Of a stretch of 64,000 nt of DNA, positions 1 to 10,298 are shown piece by piece. The DNA is taken from contig JASJHD010000008.1 in assembly GCA_033791225.1 (NCBI GenBank), positions 189,814 through 253,813 of the forward strand, given 5' to 3'. The notes under the pieces were generated by a model. That model worked only from the letters and a program-made list of their open reading frames with translations, was not told the DNA's origin and ran no database searches. The translations under genes and the position numbers were made by a program. Positions within the stretch are counted from its first letter, which is position 1. Each line of letters begins with the position of its first letter. This stretch comes from Crocinitomicaceae bacterium (GTDB lineage: Bacteria > Bacteroidota > Bacteroidia > Flavobacteriales_D > Crocinitomicaceae).

Positions 1-2363
1 AAATCATTTTCTGCCAAACATGTTCCGTTGTTTGTTGAGGTTAGCGTTAAAAAGACTGTCCCACTTGAAATCTCTCCTGCCGTTGGAGAATAACTTGTAA
101 TCAAATCAGTATCACTTGGTGCATATGTTCCTGCTCCACCTGTCCACTCTCCAGTAGTTGTTGCTCCAGAAATTGCTCCACTCAAATCAACTGATACATC
201 GTTAGTACAAGCCAAAATATTAGCCCCAGCACTCACGGTTGGAGGTACAGTAAATATGACCAATAAACTATCCGTTACAGGAATACAATCATTGTTCGAT
301 GTTGATTCCAAATAAATCCAAACACTTCCGTTTGTTATGTCTTGTGGGCTTGGTTGATACGTTGCGTTTAAATCTTGATTATCCGGAGAGAATACGCCGT
401 TACCACTAGACAACCATTTCCCTGTTGTAGTAACTCCTGTTACCGTCCCCATCAAACCAACATCTGGTGCATTTTCACAAACATATATTGTATCGGCTCC
501 CGCGTCAACGGTTGCAGAAATAGTGAAGGTGATAACCACTGTATCCGTTTCAATAACACAGGACCCAACATTAGTTGAAGTCAATACTAACTGCACATTT
601 CCATTGGTAAGGTCAGCTGCTGAAGGAATGTAAGAAGCAGCTAAAGTCATTGTGTCTGGACTAAAGGTTCCGGTTCCCAATGTACTCCACCCTCCCGTTG
701 TTGAACCACCTGAAACGGTTCCGGCAAGTTGCACTACAGCATTGTTTTCACATACCGCCTGATCAGCAGAGGCACTCACGATTGGAGCAGGATCCACTTG
801 TAAAAACAGTGTGTCTTTCAATACCGGACAAGGTCCTGTTGAAGTTAAGATCAATTCAATTGGAGAAATCAAAGTATCCAATGGGCTTGGTACGTATTCG
901 TTAAGCAACACATCGTTCGTGCTGCTAAAAGCACCGAAACCATTACTACTCCATATCCCAGTTACACTTCCTCCTCCTACTAATCCAGTAAGGTTTAGCG
1001 AAGTGTTGGCACAAATTGTATCATTTAATCCAGCATCTACAAAAGGATATGAATTGAATTCTGACATATAACCATATCCACTTCCATTTCCGTCGTTACC
1101 GTAGAGAACGCCTAAACCAAATACGTCTCCAGCGTTCGTTACTTTGTTGTATGAATTTACCGGAACATCTGCTGTTGAATAGTGAATAACTGCCACTTTG
1201 TACGCTCCAGCTGTACCTGGTACATTTGAAAAAGCTCCAGGAGGAATTAATGAGGCATTACCATTCAATGCAAACTGCCCTTCAAATCCTGTTCTAGTGT
1301 AGAGTATGATTCCCAATGAATCACCAGAAGTTCGAGTGAAAGATGATTCGTACGTTCCTGCACACACCATACTTGGCACTTGCGACCCACTTAATTCACA
1401 ACCGTATCCGGAAGCATGCCATACATAAACTGGTTTTGATGCAGATATGTAGTTGATTGCATCAGACAAAGCAATTTCATAGGTTTCTCCCCAATTGATC
1501 AAAGTACTTGTTGTTCCAGAATTTTCAATGGTAAGCGCTGTTCCATTTTGTGTTGCTAGAATGTAAACACGGTCGTTTCCTGAAGTTCCGGAATGTACAA
1601 TATACTCTGTTCCTACATAGGCTTCCGTTGTTATTTGGTCACCAATTGTACTCATACAAGTACCTTGACTCAATGCACCGTTGAACAAGGTCAAGGCGAT
1701 AGGTTTATTGGAAGAAACAATAGATCCAGCTAGAGTGGAAGCTCCCGTAGTATTCATATCACGAGCGCTGTATGTTTCTCCCTCTTGTAAGACAATCGAA
1801 AACGATACATCTTGCAAATGTCCAGTAATATCAGTTCTAGGAGTGATTAGTACAGTCGTATTGTCTTCTGTTGCAACAATATCTATAGAAGAAAACGATG
1901 CTGGAGCAGTTCCTCCATTGTCCCAAAAATTTTGAAAAGGCGTGTAGAAGTTATCTCCAAGGGCTTTATTCCCTTTCAATGTAAAAATCTCTTTATTTGA
2001 AGCACTTTTTAATTCATAAAAAACACTGACATTCTCATCAGAAACTATTTTCAACCCATTGTTGGCTACCGCATTACCAGCTGGGCTTTCAATAGAGGCG
2101 ATGAATGCTGTTAAGTTAATACTGTCAACACTATTTGCAGGAATTGCCAAGTTGATTGGTGTAAATGCTCCGTTTGCAGGCTGCGTAACCGTAATGTTTG
2201 CTGCGTTGTCATAGGTTAAAATCCTTAAATATAAAGGACTCTCACCGACAGAAGCAGACACTTCAGGTGGCGCAAACCAAAACAACGTGTCAATCTGTGC
2301 ATTGACGTTTAGTTGTAACAATAGGAAGATGAGTAGGCAGCTGCTTTTCCAGTGCGTTTTCAT
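1..2363 (-). CDS. Large secreted adhesin-like protein, N-terminal part only (ORF stays open to the window start)
   Basis: Hand translation of the minus strand from the ATG at 2363 gives MKTHWKSSCLLIFLLLQLNVNAQIDTLFWFAPPEVSASVG... This is a signal peptide followed by a beta-rich N-domain like the IgGFc-binding-like N-domain of Bacteroidota gliding/CHU-type surface proteins. At least 4 tandem ~88-aa modules follow (approx 1-1045), of the form V[DS]AG.D..C.N....L.G.V.G.TTG.W...G.G.F.P......Y.PS..[DE]...G.V.L.L.ST. It is missing from the ORF track because no stop codon lies in the window. The + strand ORFs 375-578, 680-904, 811-1071 and 1681-1935 are antisense noise. Confidence 0.8.
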   Translation of the reverse strand, partial: MKTHWKSSCLLIFLLLQLNVNAQIDTLFWFAPPEVSASVGESPLYLRILTYDNAANITVTQPANGAFTPINLAIPANSVDSINLTAFIASIESPAGNAVANNGLKIVSDENVSVFYELKSASNKEIFTLKGNKALGDNFYTPFQNFWDNGGTAPASFSSIDIVATEDNTTVLITPRTDITGHLQDVSFSIVLQEGETYSARDMNTTGASTLAGSIVSSNKPIALTLFNGALSQGTCMSTIGDQITTEAYVGTEYIVHSGTSGNDRVYILATQNGTALTIENSGTTSTLINWGETYEIALSDAINYISASKPVYVWHASGYGCELSGSQVPSMVCAGTYESSFTRTSGDSLGIILYTRTGFEGQFALNGNASLIPPGAFSNVPGTAGAYKVAVIHYSTADVPVNSYNKVTNAGDVFGLGVLYGNDGNGSGYGYMSEFNSYPFVDAGLNDTICANTSLNLTGLVGGGSVTGIWSSNGFGAFSSTNDVLLNEYVPSPLDTLISPIELILTSTGPCPVLKDTLFLQVDPAPIVSASADQAVCENNAVVQLAGTVSGGSTTGGWSTLGTGTFSPDTMTLAASYIPSAADLTNGNVQLVLTSTNVGSCVIETDTVVITFTISATVDAGADTIYVCENAPDVGLMGTVTGVTTTGKWLSSGNGVFSPDNQDLNATYQPSPQDITNGSVWIYLESTSNNDCIPVTDSLLVIFTVPPTVSAGANILACTNDVSVDLSGAISGATTTGEWTGGAGTYAPSDTDLITSYSPTAGEISSGTVFLTLTSTNNGTCLAEND

Positions 2364-2505
2364 AAGTCGTGGTTATTGGTAGTTATATTCTTAATCACTC
2401 TTTTTTTCAAGTAATTAACTGCAAAGGTAAGTCATTTTAGCAAATCTATAAAATCAAACTGCCAAAATGCTAAAAGTTCGTAGTCTTCCCTTTTGAATTA
2501 TCGAG

Positions 2506-2513
2506 TATATTTG
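2506..2513 (+). promoter_or_regulatory. Bacteroidota sigma-A -7 box (TAnnTTTG) upstream of cysS
   Basis: TATATTTG is an exact match to the consensus and lies 27 nt upstream of the ATG at 2541. It sits inside the TTG-initiated extension of the track ORF (2493), which argues for the shorter start. Confidence 0.4.
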
Positions 2514-2540
2514 TTGTCATACATTGAATATAAAGCACCA

Positions 2541-4007
2541 ATGAAAGCAACGGCAAACGAATTAAAAATTTATAATAGTCTCAAAGGAGACAAAGAATTT
2601 TTTACTCCATTGAAAGATGGCTTTGTAGGGTTATATGTTTGTGGACCAACCGTCTACAGCAACGTTCACTTGGGAAATTGCCGTACGTTTATTTCATTCG
2701 ATATGATCTACCGTTATTTGATACATCTCGGTTATAAAGTGCGTTACGTGCGTAATATAACTGATGTTGGACATTTGGTGGATGATGCTGACGAAGGGGA
2801 AGATAAAATTGCAAAAAAGGCACGATTGGAGCAGCTAGAGCCTATGGAAATAGTTCAGCAGTATACTTTAGATTTTCACAAGGTGCTGGATCAATTCAAC
2901 AATTTAGCTCCGAATATTGAGCCTACTGCAACGGGACATATTATTGAGCAAATCGAGATGATTAAAACGATTCTTGACAATGGATTTGCTTATGAATCGA
3001 ACGGCTCCGTATACTTCGATGTAGAAAAATACAACGAAACACATCCATATGGTGAGTTATCTGGTCGAAAAATTGAAGATTTAATCTCCAATACACGTGA
3101 TTTGGATGGTCAAAATGAAAAACGAGCTCCTTTGGACTTTGCTTTGTGGAAGAATGCATCTGACGAACATATTATGAAATGGCCCTCACCTTGGGGAGTT
3201 GGGTTTCCGGGTTGGCATCTTGAATGTTCAGCGATGAGTACAAAATACTTAGGTGAACAATTCGATATTCACGGTGGTGGAATGGACTTAAAGTTCCCGC
3301 ATCATGAATGTGAAATAGCACAAGGAACAGCTTCAACTGGAAAATCACCCGTAGGATATTGGATGCATGGAAACATGCTAACATTGAACGGAAAGAAGAT
3401 GAGTAAGTCAACGGGAAATTCAATTTTACCTGATGAATTATTCTCGGGAGAAAATAACTTTATGGAAAAGCCATTCGATGCAATGGTGGTTCGTTTCTTT
3501 ATGATGCAAGCGCACTATAGAAGTACATTGGACTTTACTTCAGAAGCTTTATTGGCTGCAGAAAAAGGGTATAACAAATTAATGGAAGCGTTAAAATTGA
3601 TGAGTTCTTTAAAAGTTGGAAACTCTTCTTCGGAGGACGTGAACAAGATGATTGAAGGATTTTACACGGCAATGAATGATGATTTCAATGCTCCTATTCT
3701 TCTTGCCAATCTTTTTGACGCAGTAAGGTACATCAACTCTATCAACGATGGGAACGCTGAGATTTCTTCAGATGATTTAACAGCTTTACAGAACGCCATG
3801 AAAGCATTTACGCAAGATGTGTTAGGCTTGAAAACAGCAAGTGCGGGAAGTGATGAAAAATTGAATCCTGTAATGGATCTTGTTTTGGATTTAAGACAAG
3901 AAGCTCGTGCAAACAAGGACTGGGGAACTTCTGATAAAATTCGTGACGGTTTGGCTGCGGCAGGAATTGTTGTGAAAGACTCGAAGGAAGGAACTAGTTG
4001 GAACTAA
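2541..4007 (+). CDS. cysS: Cysteinyl-tRNA synthetase
   Basis: Class I aaRS motifs are present: [15 protein letters not shown] (HIGH-type) and KMSKSTGN (KMSKS). The overall layout is CysRS-like, including [10 protein letters not shown]. The start was moved from TTG 2493 to ATG 2541 ([14 protein letters not shown]). Confidence 0.97.
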   Translation: MKATANELKIYNSLKGDKEFFTPLKDGFVGLYVCGPTVYSNVHLGNCRTFISFDMIYRYLIHLGYKVRYVRNITDVGHLVDDADEGEDKIAKKARLEQLEPMEIVQQYTLDFHKVLDQFNNLAPNIEPTATGHIIEQIEMIKTILDNGFAYESNGSVYFDVEKYNETHPYGELSGRKIEDLISNTRDLDGQNEKRAPLDFALWKNASDEHIMKWPSPWGVGFPGWHLECSAMSTKYLGEQFDIHGGGMDLKFPHHECEIAQGTASTGKSPVGYWMHGNMLTLNGKKMSKSTGNSILPDELFSGENNFMEKPFDAMVVRFFMMQAHYRSTLDFTSEALLAAEKGYNKLMEALKLMSSLKVGNSSSEDVNKMIEGFYTAMNDDFNAPILLANLFDAVRYINSINDGNAEISSDDLTALQNAMKAFTQDVLGLKTASAGSDEKLNPVMDLVLDLRQEARANKDWGTSDKIRDGLAAAGIVVKDSKEGTSWN

Positions 4008-4009
4008 GT

Positions 4010-4603
4010 CTAATTTACTTTTTTGAATTTTAAAGAGTGAAATGCTTTCTGCATTTCTTTCAGATGAACATTAATATCGTTGCTCATGTAGGTGACAATG
4101 GCATCCGTTACATCGTCTTTATGAAGATAAATGAACTGCCCAATTTTATACCCTTCGCCAAATTGACAATCGAATTCAAAGACACAAGTCCCACCATCGT
4201 CTGCGTTAAATTCCTTTTTAACTGCGCTAGGTGGAAATGACTCGATTTCTGGGAGCTGCCCATTGGTCATATTCATGGCATTAGCCATGATCATACTTTT
4301 GTACAACCTATTTGGCTCGAGCATCATTCTATTAGTGTCTTTCAATGATTCTTCATACTCTTTGAGAAAATCGTCCAATGGCCAAATAGTATAGCGCACT
4401 TCCGTCGTTTCTTCTTCATTCATGATAGCGAAATGATAGCTCAGGTCTCTATTTTCCTTAATATCAACAACTTTAAACCCCTCCGGCATTGTAAATACCA
4501 TTCCCGCCTGATCAACAAGCTTCATGAATTTTTTTAGTGCTCCTCTTTGCCCGTAACTTGCAAATGTGAGTAATAGAATGATTAGAACATTGGCTATTTT
4601 CAT
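4010..4603 (-). CDS. Hypothetical secreted protein
   Basis: Long ORF with a signal peptide (MKIANVLIILLLTFASYGQ) starting at ATG 4603. The track start at 4624 is TTG. I recognise no family motif. Confidence 0.7.
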   Translation of the reverse strand: MKIANVLIILLLTFASYGQRGALKKFMKLVDQAGMVFTMPEGFKVVDIKENRDLSYHFAIMNEEETTEVRYTIWPLDDFLKEYEESLKDTNRMMLEPNRLYKSMIMANAMNMTNGQLPEIESFPPSAVKKEFNADDGGTCVFEFDCQFGEGYKIGQFIYLHKDDVTDAIVTYMSNDINVHLKEMQKAFHSLKFKKVN

Positions 4604-4632
4604 GATTCGTGGATTGTCTTTCAAGTTCTAAT

Positions 4633-5172
4633 TTAAGGAACTATTTCAATTTTAGTTCCATCACCTATTGACTTATATAAATCTGTAATGTCTGCATTGG
4701 TAAGTGAGATGCAACCCAAGGTCCAATTGGTTTTATTTTTAATCATGCTGTCTGACCCTTCAGGAACTCCATGAATTCCTATTTCACCACCAATAGTGGC
4801 ACCGCTTCCTATAACTCCATCTGCTTTGCGTTTATTAAATCTACTCCAAGATTCTTTGTTAGGATAGTCGATCCAAATGAAATACTTCCAAGAGCCGTGT
4901 GCATACTTGCTTCTAATTCCAAAGGTTCCTTCTGGTGTGCAGCCATCTCCTTCTTGGTGCTTGTCTTTAATTGCATCGAAGCCAAAAACACACGGGTATG
5001 TTATCAGCAGCTTTGACTTATGATAGACCGAAAGAGTATAATCCGATTTATCAATGAGAACTTTCAATTCACTTTTTGGAATATGTTGACTTCGGACAAT
5101 GTCTTGCAATTTAGTTTGCCCATAAACTGCTGTGCCCAAAAGAATTAGAGCTGTTAGAATTATATATCGCAT
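4633..5172 (-). CDS. L,D-transpeptidase (YkuD domain)
   Basis: Signal peptide followed by the YkuD catalytic signature IGIHG....NWTLGCISL (His ... Gly-Cys). Confidence 0.85.
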   Translation of the reverse strand: MRYIILTALILLGTAVYGQTKLQDIVRSQHIPKSELKVLIDKSDYTLSVYHKSKLLITYPCVFGFDAIKDKHQEGDGCTPEGTFGIRSKYAHGSWKYFIWIDYPNKESWSRFNKRKADGVIGSGATIGGEIGIHGVPEGSDSMIKNKTNWTLGCISLTNADITDLYKSIGDGTKIEIVP

Positions 5173-5412
5173 AAAGATGTTTCCTTTTTAAATGTAAATT
5201 TCATTAAAAGTAACAAATATTACGCCTTGATCTTTTAGGCCTACTAAACCGTTTAGCTGTGTCGTTTTTCTTGTGCTTGCATATTACTTTCGCTCATAGT
5301 GGCAAAATATTCATGCATGCCGTTGCTTTGTTCGTTTGCTCGGGATCTTCAAGAATCATTGCTTAACTTCTAAGTAGTTCTTTCGAGTATTCATCCCGTA
5401 AATTGTTCCATT

Positions 5413-6072
5413 ATGATCCGTTCTGCTATCTTTTCGATCCTATTTATCATTCCTTTCGGCGCTCTTTGTACTATTGATGACAATACTATTTCCACTATCG
5501 ATTTTGTACAATTAGAAGCGCGGACTTCAGCAAATGTTGTTCACTTCAAATGGGATGTCAATTCCGAAATCAACGGTGCTACATTCTTTATCGAAAAATC
5601 TGGCAACGGAGACGATTGGAAAGAAATTGAGGAAATCCCTTCTTTGGGAAATCACATTGCTCCTCATACTTATAGAACTTCTGAAATTAACTCTGCCGAA
5701 AATGCATTGGAGTATTTTAGAATTAAGCGTGTAGATAAATTCGGAAATGCTTCAATTATGGATCAAGTAGAAATTGAACATGCAACATTATTGAGTCTTA
5801 GTTTAATTCCTTCACTCAAGAGCTCAAAAAAGCAACTCATCGTATCTTACAATTCTCTAATTATCACGAAAGGTGTCTTGCGTGTTCTGGATCAAGACGA
5901 CAACATATTGGAAGAGATTAAAGTAAACATTGACAAGGGCTACAATCGCTTGGTAATTAACACGAAGAATTATTTAAAGCAGCGCTATACTGTTGTTTTG
6001 GTAAATGCTGACGGTGGAGCTCTTCAAAAGATCTATGAGCACGGCAAGAAAATAGGGAAGACGAAATTCTAA
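5413..6072 (+). CDS. Hypothetical secreted protein (Fn3-like N-part, beta-rich C-part)
   Basis: ORF with an N-terminal hydrophobic leader. No diagnostic motif. Its 3' end overlaps the convergent DUF58 gene by 4 nt. Confidence 0.6.
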   Translation: MIRSAIFSILFIIPFGALCTIDDNTISTIDFVQLEARTSANVVHFKWDVNSEINGATFFIEKSGNGDDWKEIEEIPSLGNHIAPHTYRTSEINSAENALEYFRIKRVDKFGNASIMDQVEIEHATLLSLSLIPSLKSSKKQLIVSYNSLIITKGVLRVLDQDDNILEEIKVNIDKGYNRLVINTKNYLKQRYTVVLVNADGGALQKIYEHGKKIGKTKF

Positions 6073-7421
6073 ATCGAGCCCTTTGCCTTTAGCTCAAGGT
6101 ATTTGTTGATTGTGTTAATCGACAACTCATCTGGCAACGTAAGCACTGTTTGAATTCCATTCTGACGTAACTCTCTGGCAATTTTTGATTTGATTGAGAT
6201 CATTCGTTCTGCAACTGTTGCCTGATAAACTTCTTGAATAGAGGTCGAAGGACGATACGCCAACTCCTGCAGTTCGCTATTCTGGAAGAAAACAACCACG
6301 AGAACATGCTTTTGATTTAACCTACGCAACATTGGAATAGCTCTGCGCATTGCAAATTCAGATTCGAAATTGGTAAACAATACCAATAGAGAACGCGTTT
6401 TAATTGTACGACGAATAGAATTGTACAATAACTCGTAATTCCCCTCCTTGTACTGTGTACGTTGGTTGTACAAAGTCTCTTGAATTCTACGCATTTGTCC
6501 ACTGGAACGATCTGCACCAAGCAATGTTCCTATTTTATCAGAGTAGGTGATTAATCCAGCTTTATCTCCTTTTCTCAGTGCAATATTCGAGAACACCAAG
6601 GTAGAGTTGATCGAATAATCAAGCATCGATAAGCCGTCAAATTCCATTTGCATACTACGACTCTTGTCAATGATACAGTAGATACTTTGCGACTTTTCCT
6701 CTTGGTATTGATTCACCATGAGTTCATTTCTACGACTCGTCGCTTTCCAGTTTACGGTTTTCAATTCGTCTCCTTGAACATAGGTTTTAATCTGCTCAAA
6801 TTCACTGTTGTTACCAAGTCTACGAATCTTTTTTATCCCTGCGCTTGTCTTTTGCTGCTGGAAAACGAGCAATTCGTACTTCTTCATTTGAAGCACCGAA
6901 GGATATACGTGAACTGTTTCCTCTAGGTCTAGATCTAATCTTCGAGAGGCCAAATAGAATATTGACCGAATCATAACAAACGGGCTCCCGAACTCATATT
7001 CTCCTCTTCTTTTTGGAGTGAAAGTATAGCTGAACACTTCTTTCGTAATTGGTTTCAACATCCCGCTAAACGAAGACGTTCTGTCTTGCATTTCAACAGG
7101 GTACCCTTCAATTAACGTAAAGCTGATCAATTGTGAAGTTGCATTTGTTACCTCAAGCGTAACTTTGTTCTTATCACCTAAATCCAATCGACTTTTAACG
7201 TTTCTCTTGACAATTAGCGGATGCTTTTCGCTGAATACCAGCACAACGTCAATGATAGTTAATCCAAATAGTGAAGCAAGAACCACCGTTGCTACGAATT
7301 GCAATTCTGGCATTGAATACGCCAAAACGAACAAAGCGATGACAACCACAAACAATGCAAAAAACCACTTGGTTAAATGGATGTTGTGAAAAAACTTAGC
7401 TATGAGGGAAATTGCTCTCAA
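6069..7421 (-). CDS. DUF58 (vWA-like) protein, MoxR partner
   Basis: Two N-terminal TM helices, then the DUF58-type segment EFEQIKTYVQGDELKTVNWKATSRRNELMVNQYQEE followed by IIDKSRSM. The apparent TTG start lies 1 nt after the MoxR stop. Confidence 0.85.
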   Translation of the reverse strand: MRAISLIAKFFHNIHLTKWFFALFVVVIALFVLAYSMPELQFVATVVLASLFGLTIIDVVLVFSEKHPLIVKRNVKSRLDLGDKNKVTLEVTNATSQLISFTLIEGYPVEMQDRTSSFSGMLKPITKEVFSYTFTPKRRGEYEFGSPFVMIRSIFYLASRRLDLDLEETVHVYPSVLQMKKYELLVFQQQKTSAGIKKIRRLGNNSEFEQIKTYVQGDELKTVNWKATSRRNELMVNQYQEEKSQSIYCIIDKSRSMQMEFDGLSMLDYSINSTLVFSNIALRKGDKAGLITYSDKIGTLLGADRSSGQMRRIQETLYNQRTQYKEGNYELLYNSIRRTIKTRSLLVLFTNFESEFAMRRAIPMLRRLNQKHVLVVVFFQNSELQELAYRPSTSIQEVYQATVAERMISIKSKIARELRQNGIQTVLTLPDELSINTINKYLELKAKGSI

Positions 7422-7422
7422 A

Positions 7423-8601
7423 TTATCTTGGTACTTCTAGTGTTTTAATGATTTCTTGGATCACATCTTCTGTTCTAACACCTTCCATTTCTGCTTCTGG
7501 AGTCATGATTAATCTGTGATTCAAAACGTGTGGTGCAACAAACTGGATATCATCTGGCGTTACAAAGTCACGTCCGCGGATTCCAGCAATTGCCTTCGCC
7601 GATTTAATAATTGACAAAGATGCTCTTGGCGAACCTCCGAGATATATTTTTCCGTGATTTCTAGTTTTGTGCGTAATTGCAGCAATGTATTTCACCAAGT
7701 TGTCTTCAACAACAACCTTTTCGATCGCGTCTTGAATCTTTTGAATTTCATTTGCAGTAAATACGGCATTAATTGTACTTAAATCTGGCTGCTTGATTGA
7801 ATTCTTGTATCTGTGTAAAATTTCTTCTTCTTCATGCAATGCTGGGTAGTCCAGTTTTACTTTGAATAAAAATCTATCCAATTGTGCTTCCGGAAGATTA
7901 TAAGTTCCTTCTTGGTCAATTGGATTTTGTGTTGCTATTACTAAAAATGGGAACGACATTGGATAGCATTCTCCATCGTAAGTGATTTGACGCTCTTCCA
8001 TTACCTCAAATAAGGCGGCTTGTGTTTTTGCAGGAGCTCTATTGATCTCATCAATCAACACAATATTTGAGAAAATTGGTCCTTCTCTAAAACTAAATTT
8101 CGCATCCTTCATGTTGAAAATCGATGTTCCAATAACATCAGAAGGCATCATATCTGGAGTAAACTGAATTCTTGAGAAGTCTACATCTAAACACTTCGAA
8201 AGTACTTTTGCAGACAAAGTCTTTGCCACACCCGGTGCTCCTTCTAACAATAGGTGCCCGTTAGAAAAGATACCCGTCAATAATAAGTCAACCATTTGAG
8301 TTTGTCCGATAACGAACTTGGACAATTCATTTCTTACTTCAGTTACTTTTTGAGCTACCCAAATCAATTCTTGGTTCTGACGTTCAAAACTGTATGATTG
8401 AATAGGTGCCGCTTCGCCAACATCAGCTGCTGCACCAGGCGTTGGGACTGAAGGCGTAGATGATTCCGTCTTATTTTCAGGCATATAAGACGAGTGATCC
8501 AATTCATCTGCTTTGTTTTCTGCCGTTCCTTCCTGATTATTGGTGCTTGCATCCTCTGATGCTCCTCCTAACGCTTCTGCGTTTTCTTCTTCATTTATCA
8601 T
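7423..8601 (-). CDS. MoxR-family AAA+ ATPase with ~70-aa acidic/low-complexity N-terminal extension
   Basis: Walker A is LEGAPGVAKT and Walker B is VLIDEINRAPAKTQAALFEVMEE, on a MoxR-type scaffold. Its ATG overlaps the upstream stop as ATGA (8598-8601). Confidence 0.93.
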   Translation of the reverse strand: MINEEENAEALGGASEDASTNNQEGTAENKADELDHSSYMPENKTESSTPSVPTPGAAADVGEAAPIQSYSFERQNQELIWVAQKVTEVRNELSKFVIGQTQMVDLLLTGIFSNGHLLLEGAPGVAKTLSAKVLSKCLDVDFSRIQFTPDMMPSDVIGTSIFNMKDAKFSFREGPIFSNIVLIDEINRAPAKTQAALFEVMEERQITYDGECYPMSFPFLVIATQNPIDQEGTYNLPEAQLDRFLFKVKLDYPALHEEEEILHRYKNSIKQPDLSTINAVFTANEIQKIQDAIEKVVVEDNLVKYIAAITHKTRNHGKIYLGGSPRASLSIIKSAKAIAGIRGRDFVTPDDIQFVAPHVLNHRLIMTPEAEMEGVRTEDVIQEIIKTLEVPR

Positions 8602-10298
8602 AATTCTAGCGTATTAAGTTTGTTTACAAAACGATTGAATTGTTCTTTGTTTTTATAATAGGTTGTTATGTCGATTGTATGAATATTTAGCTTCTTTCCT
8701 CCCTCAAAATATAGAGCAACTACATTTTTACTTCTCTCTAATCCTGTGAATTTATCTCTTTTATACTCGCGTTTTCCGAAGAACATTCCATGCACGGTTA
8801 TCGTTTCGGCATCAACAAAAATAAATGGTTTGATGAGTCTTCGAATACCGACATACAACATAAACATTCCAATAGGAATTAATATAATTCCTATCCATTG
8901 AGCGATCATTAATGCATACACACCGCCAATAAAGATGTCCAATGCGAAATGTATGATCAATATCGAAATCCACAATGTTCTTCTGAAAGTTAATTCTCTT
9001 TCCTCTATTTTCCGCGCCAATTCTTGCGAAATAACCCCTGTTTCTCGGTAGAAATTGTGAATGATTTTCAAGGTTTCTGCTACAAAGCCATCATTGACAG
9101 AGAATGCTTTTTGAGTTTCAAGTCGACGCAATAGACTTTTGATTTCATCCAAGTGAATATCACTTTTTTCAGCCAATATTTCCAGCGGTTTATCATCTTC
9201 TCGACGTTGAATGTCTACAAAGAAATGCTTGTGAACAGTAGCATAAAAGTTCTTTTTCTGAACTTGTAAGATTCCATAAGGATTTCGTTTCGCAAAGTAA
9301 ATTGATGTGATTGTATCGGCAAAAGCCAATGTCATGTCCTTCTTTTTTGGAACAAAAGGAACGATTGGTCGTGTGCGCTTTGATCTGAAAATAACAAATA
9401 GAATCAATCCGAGGATACTCAACATTAAAGCGGCAAGCAATGTTGGGTTTTTGAAAATCAAGCGTAAGTAACTGTCTTCATCTTCGCCGTCAACACCTTC
9501 CTGGCTATCAATGTCATAATTCCCATAATTATCGGACAACCTCCCAAGTTCCAATAGGTAAATATCTCTGTTCTTTGGGAGGGCATTTAAAACATATTCG
9601 GCATATTTAAACCCATGTAAACGTTTCAACTGGTAGTTGTAGAACATTTTAGGTGTAGTGACCAAGTACAAATTTCCGTCACCATGTGGTATGCGAACGA
9701 AATTACTTAGCTCCATGAAAGAGGAGAGCGTTTCAAAATCTACATCTTCTTCTGCATCACTGATCCCATTCCACTCACAGGCTATCGTATCATTTTGATA
9801 CAAGTTGATCATAGAGTATTTCGTGCCTCCCGCAAAGACATTTACTTGACGGGTATAATCAAACTTAAACTCGAAATCATAAATGAGATCATATGCGATG
9901 TTTTCTGTCAACTCATTGTATCCAAGAATAAAGTCGGAGCCTTCCTCCACCTGATCCATGATTTCGCCTAACTCACTGTTTTTTAGTCCAAACTTGTTCC
10001 CAATGAACATGAAGGTTTTCTTCTCTTCATTGTCTTTAACAAGCGTATCAAACTGTAACCAATCGTCCACTTCAATTAAATCGTGGCTTTGATCTAAGTG
10101 TACTTTGGTCAGAGAAGTGAACAAATACAATCCCAAAGGGTTTTTATCGTACAGTTGGAATTTTTTCGACCAATTGGTAGAAACAAAGGTGTCTCTATTC
10201 TTCTCATCGATTGTTTCACTACCGGACATGAGCCAAACCATCAACATCATAAATGCGAAGGTTCCTAAAACGAGCAATATTTTGGTTTGCTTATTCAT
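8598..10298 (-). CDS. DUF4350-like membrane-anchored protein
   Basis: N-terminal TM helix, a large extracytoplasmic part (YDKNPLGLYLFTSL...) and further TM helices near the C-terminus. It sits between the DUF4129 and MoxR genes, as in the conserved cluster. The family is assigned from memory of that cluster, not from a search. Confidence 0.55.
   Translation of the reverse strand: MNKQTKILLVLGTFAFMMLMVWLMSGSETIDEKNRDTFVSTNWSKKFQLYDKNPLGLYLFTSLTKVHLDQSHDLIEVDDWLQFDTLVKDNEEKKTFMFIGNKFGLKNSELGEIMDQVEEGSDFILGYNELTENIAYDLIYDFEFKFDYTRQVNVFAGGTKYSMINLYQNDTIACEWNGISDAEEDVDFETLSSFMELSNFVRIPHGDGNLYLVTTPKMFYNYQLKRLHGFKYAEYVLNALPKNRDIYLLELGRLSDNYGNYDIDSQEGVDGEDEDSYLRLIFKNPTLLAALMLSILGLILFVIFRSKRTRPIVPFVPKKKDMTLAFADTITSIYFAKRNPYGILQVQKKNFYATVHKHFFVDIQRREDDKPLEILAEKSDIHLDEIKSLLRRLETQKAFSVNDGFVAETLKIIHNFYRETGVISQELARKIEERELTFRRTLWISILIIHFALDIFIGGVYALMIAQWIGIILIPIGMFMLYVGIRRLIKPFIFVDAETITVHGMFFGKREYKRDKFTGLERSKNVVALYFEGGKKLNIHTIDITTYYKNKEQFNRFVNKLNTLEL

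Noticed and set aside
2493-2540. TTG/GTG-initiated N-terminal extensions in the ORF track. Affected genes: cysS 2493, pgk 32617, xseB 35867, M28 35873, gatC 39188, plsC 39986, adhesin 58673, DUF1566 61385 and the 62741 gene.
   Set aside because: In each case an internal ATG gives a canonical N-terminus or signal peptide. For cysS, pgk and the adhesin, an exact TAnnTTTG promoter box falls inside the extension.
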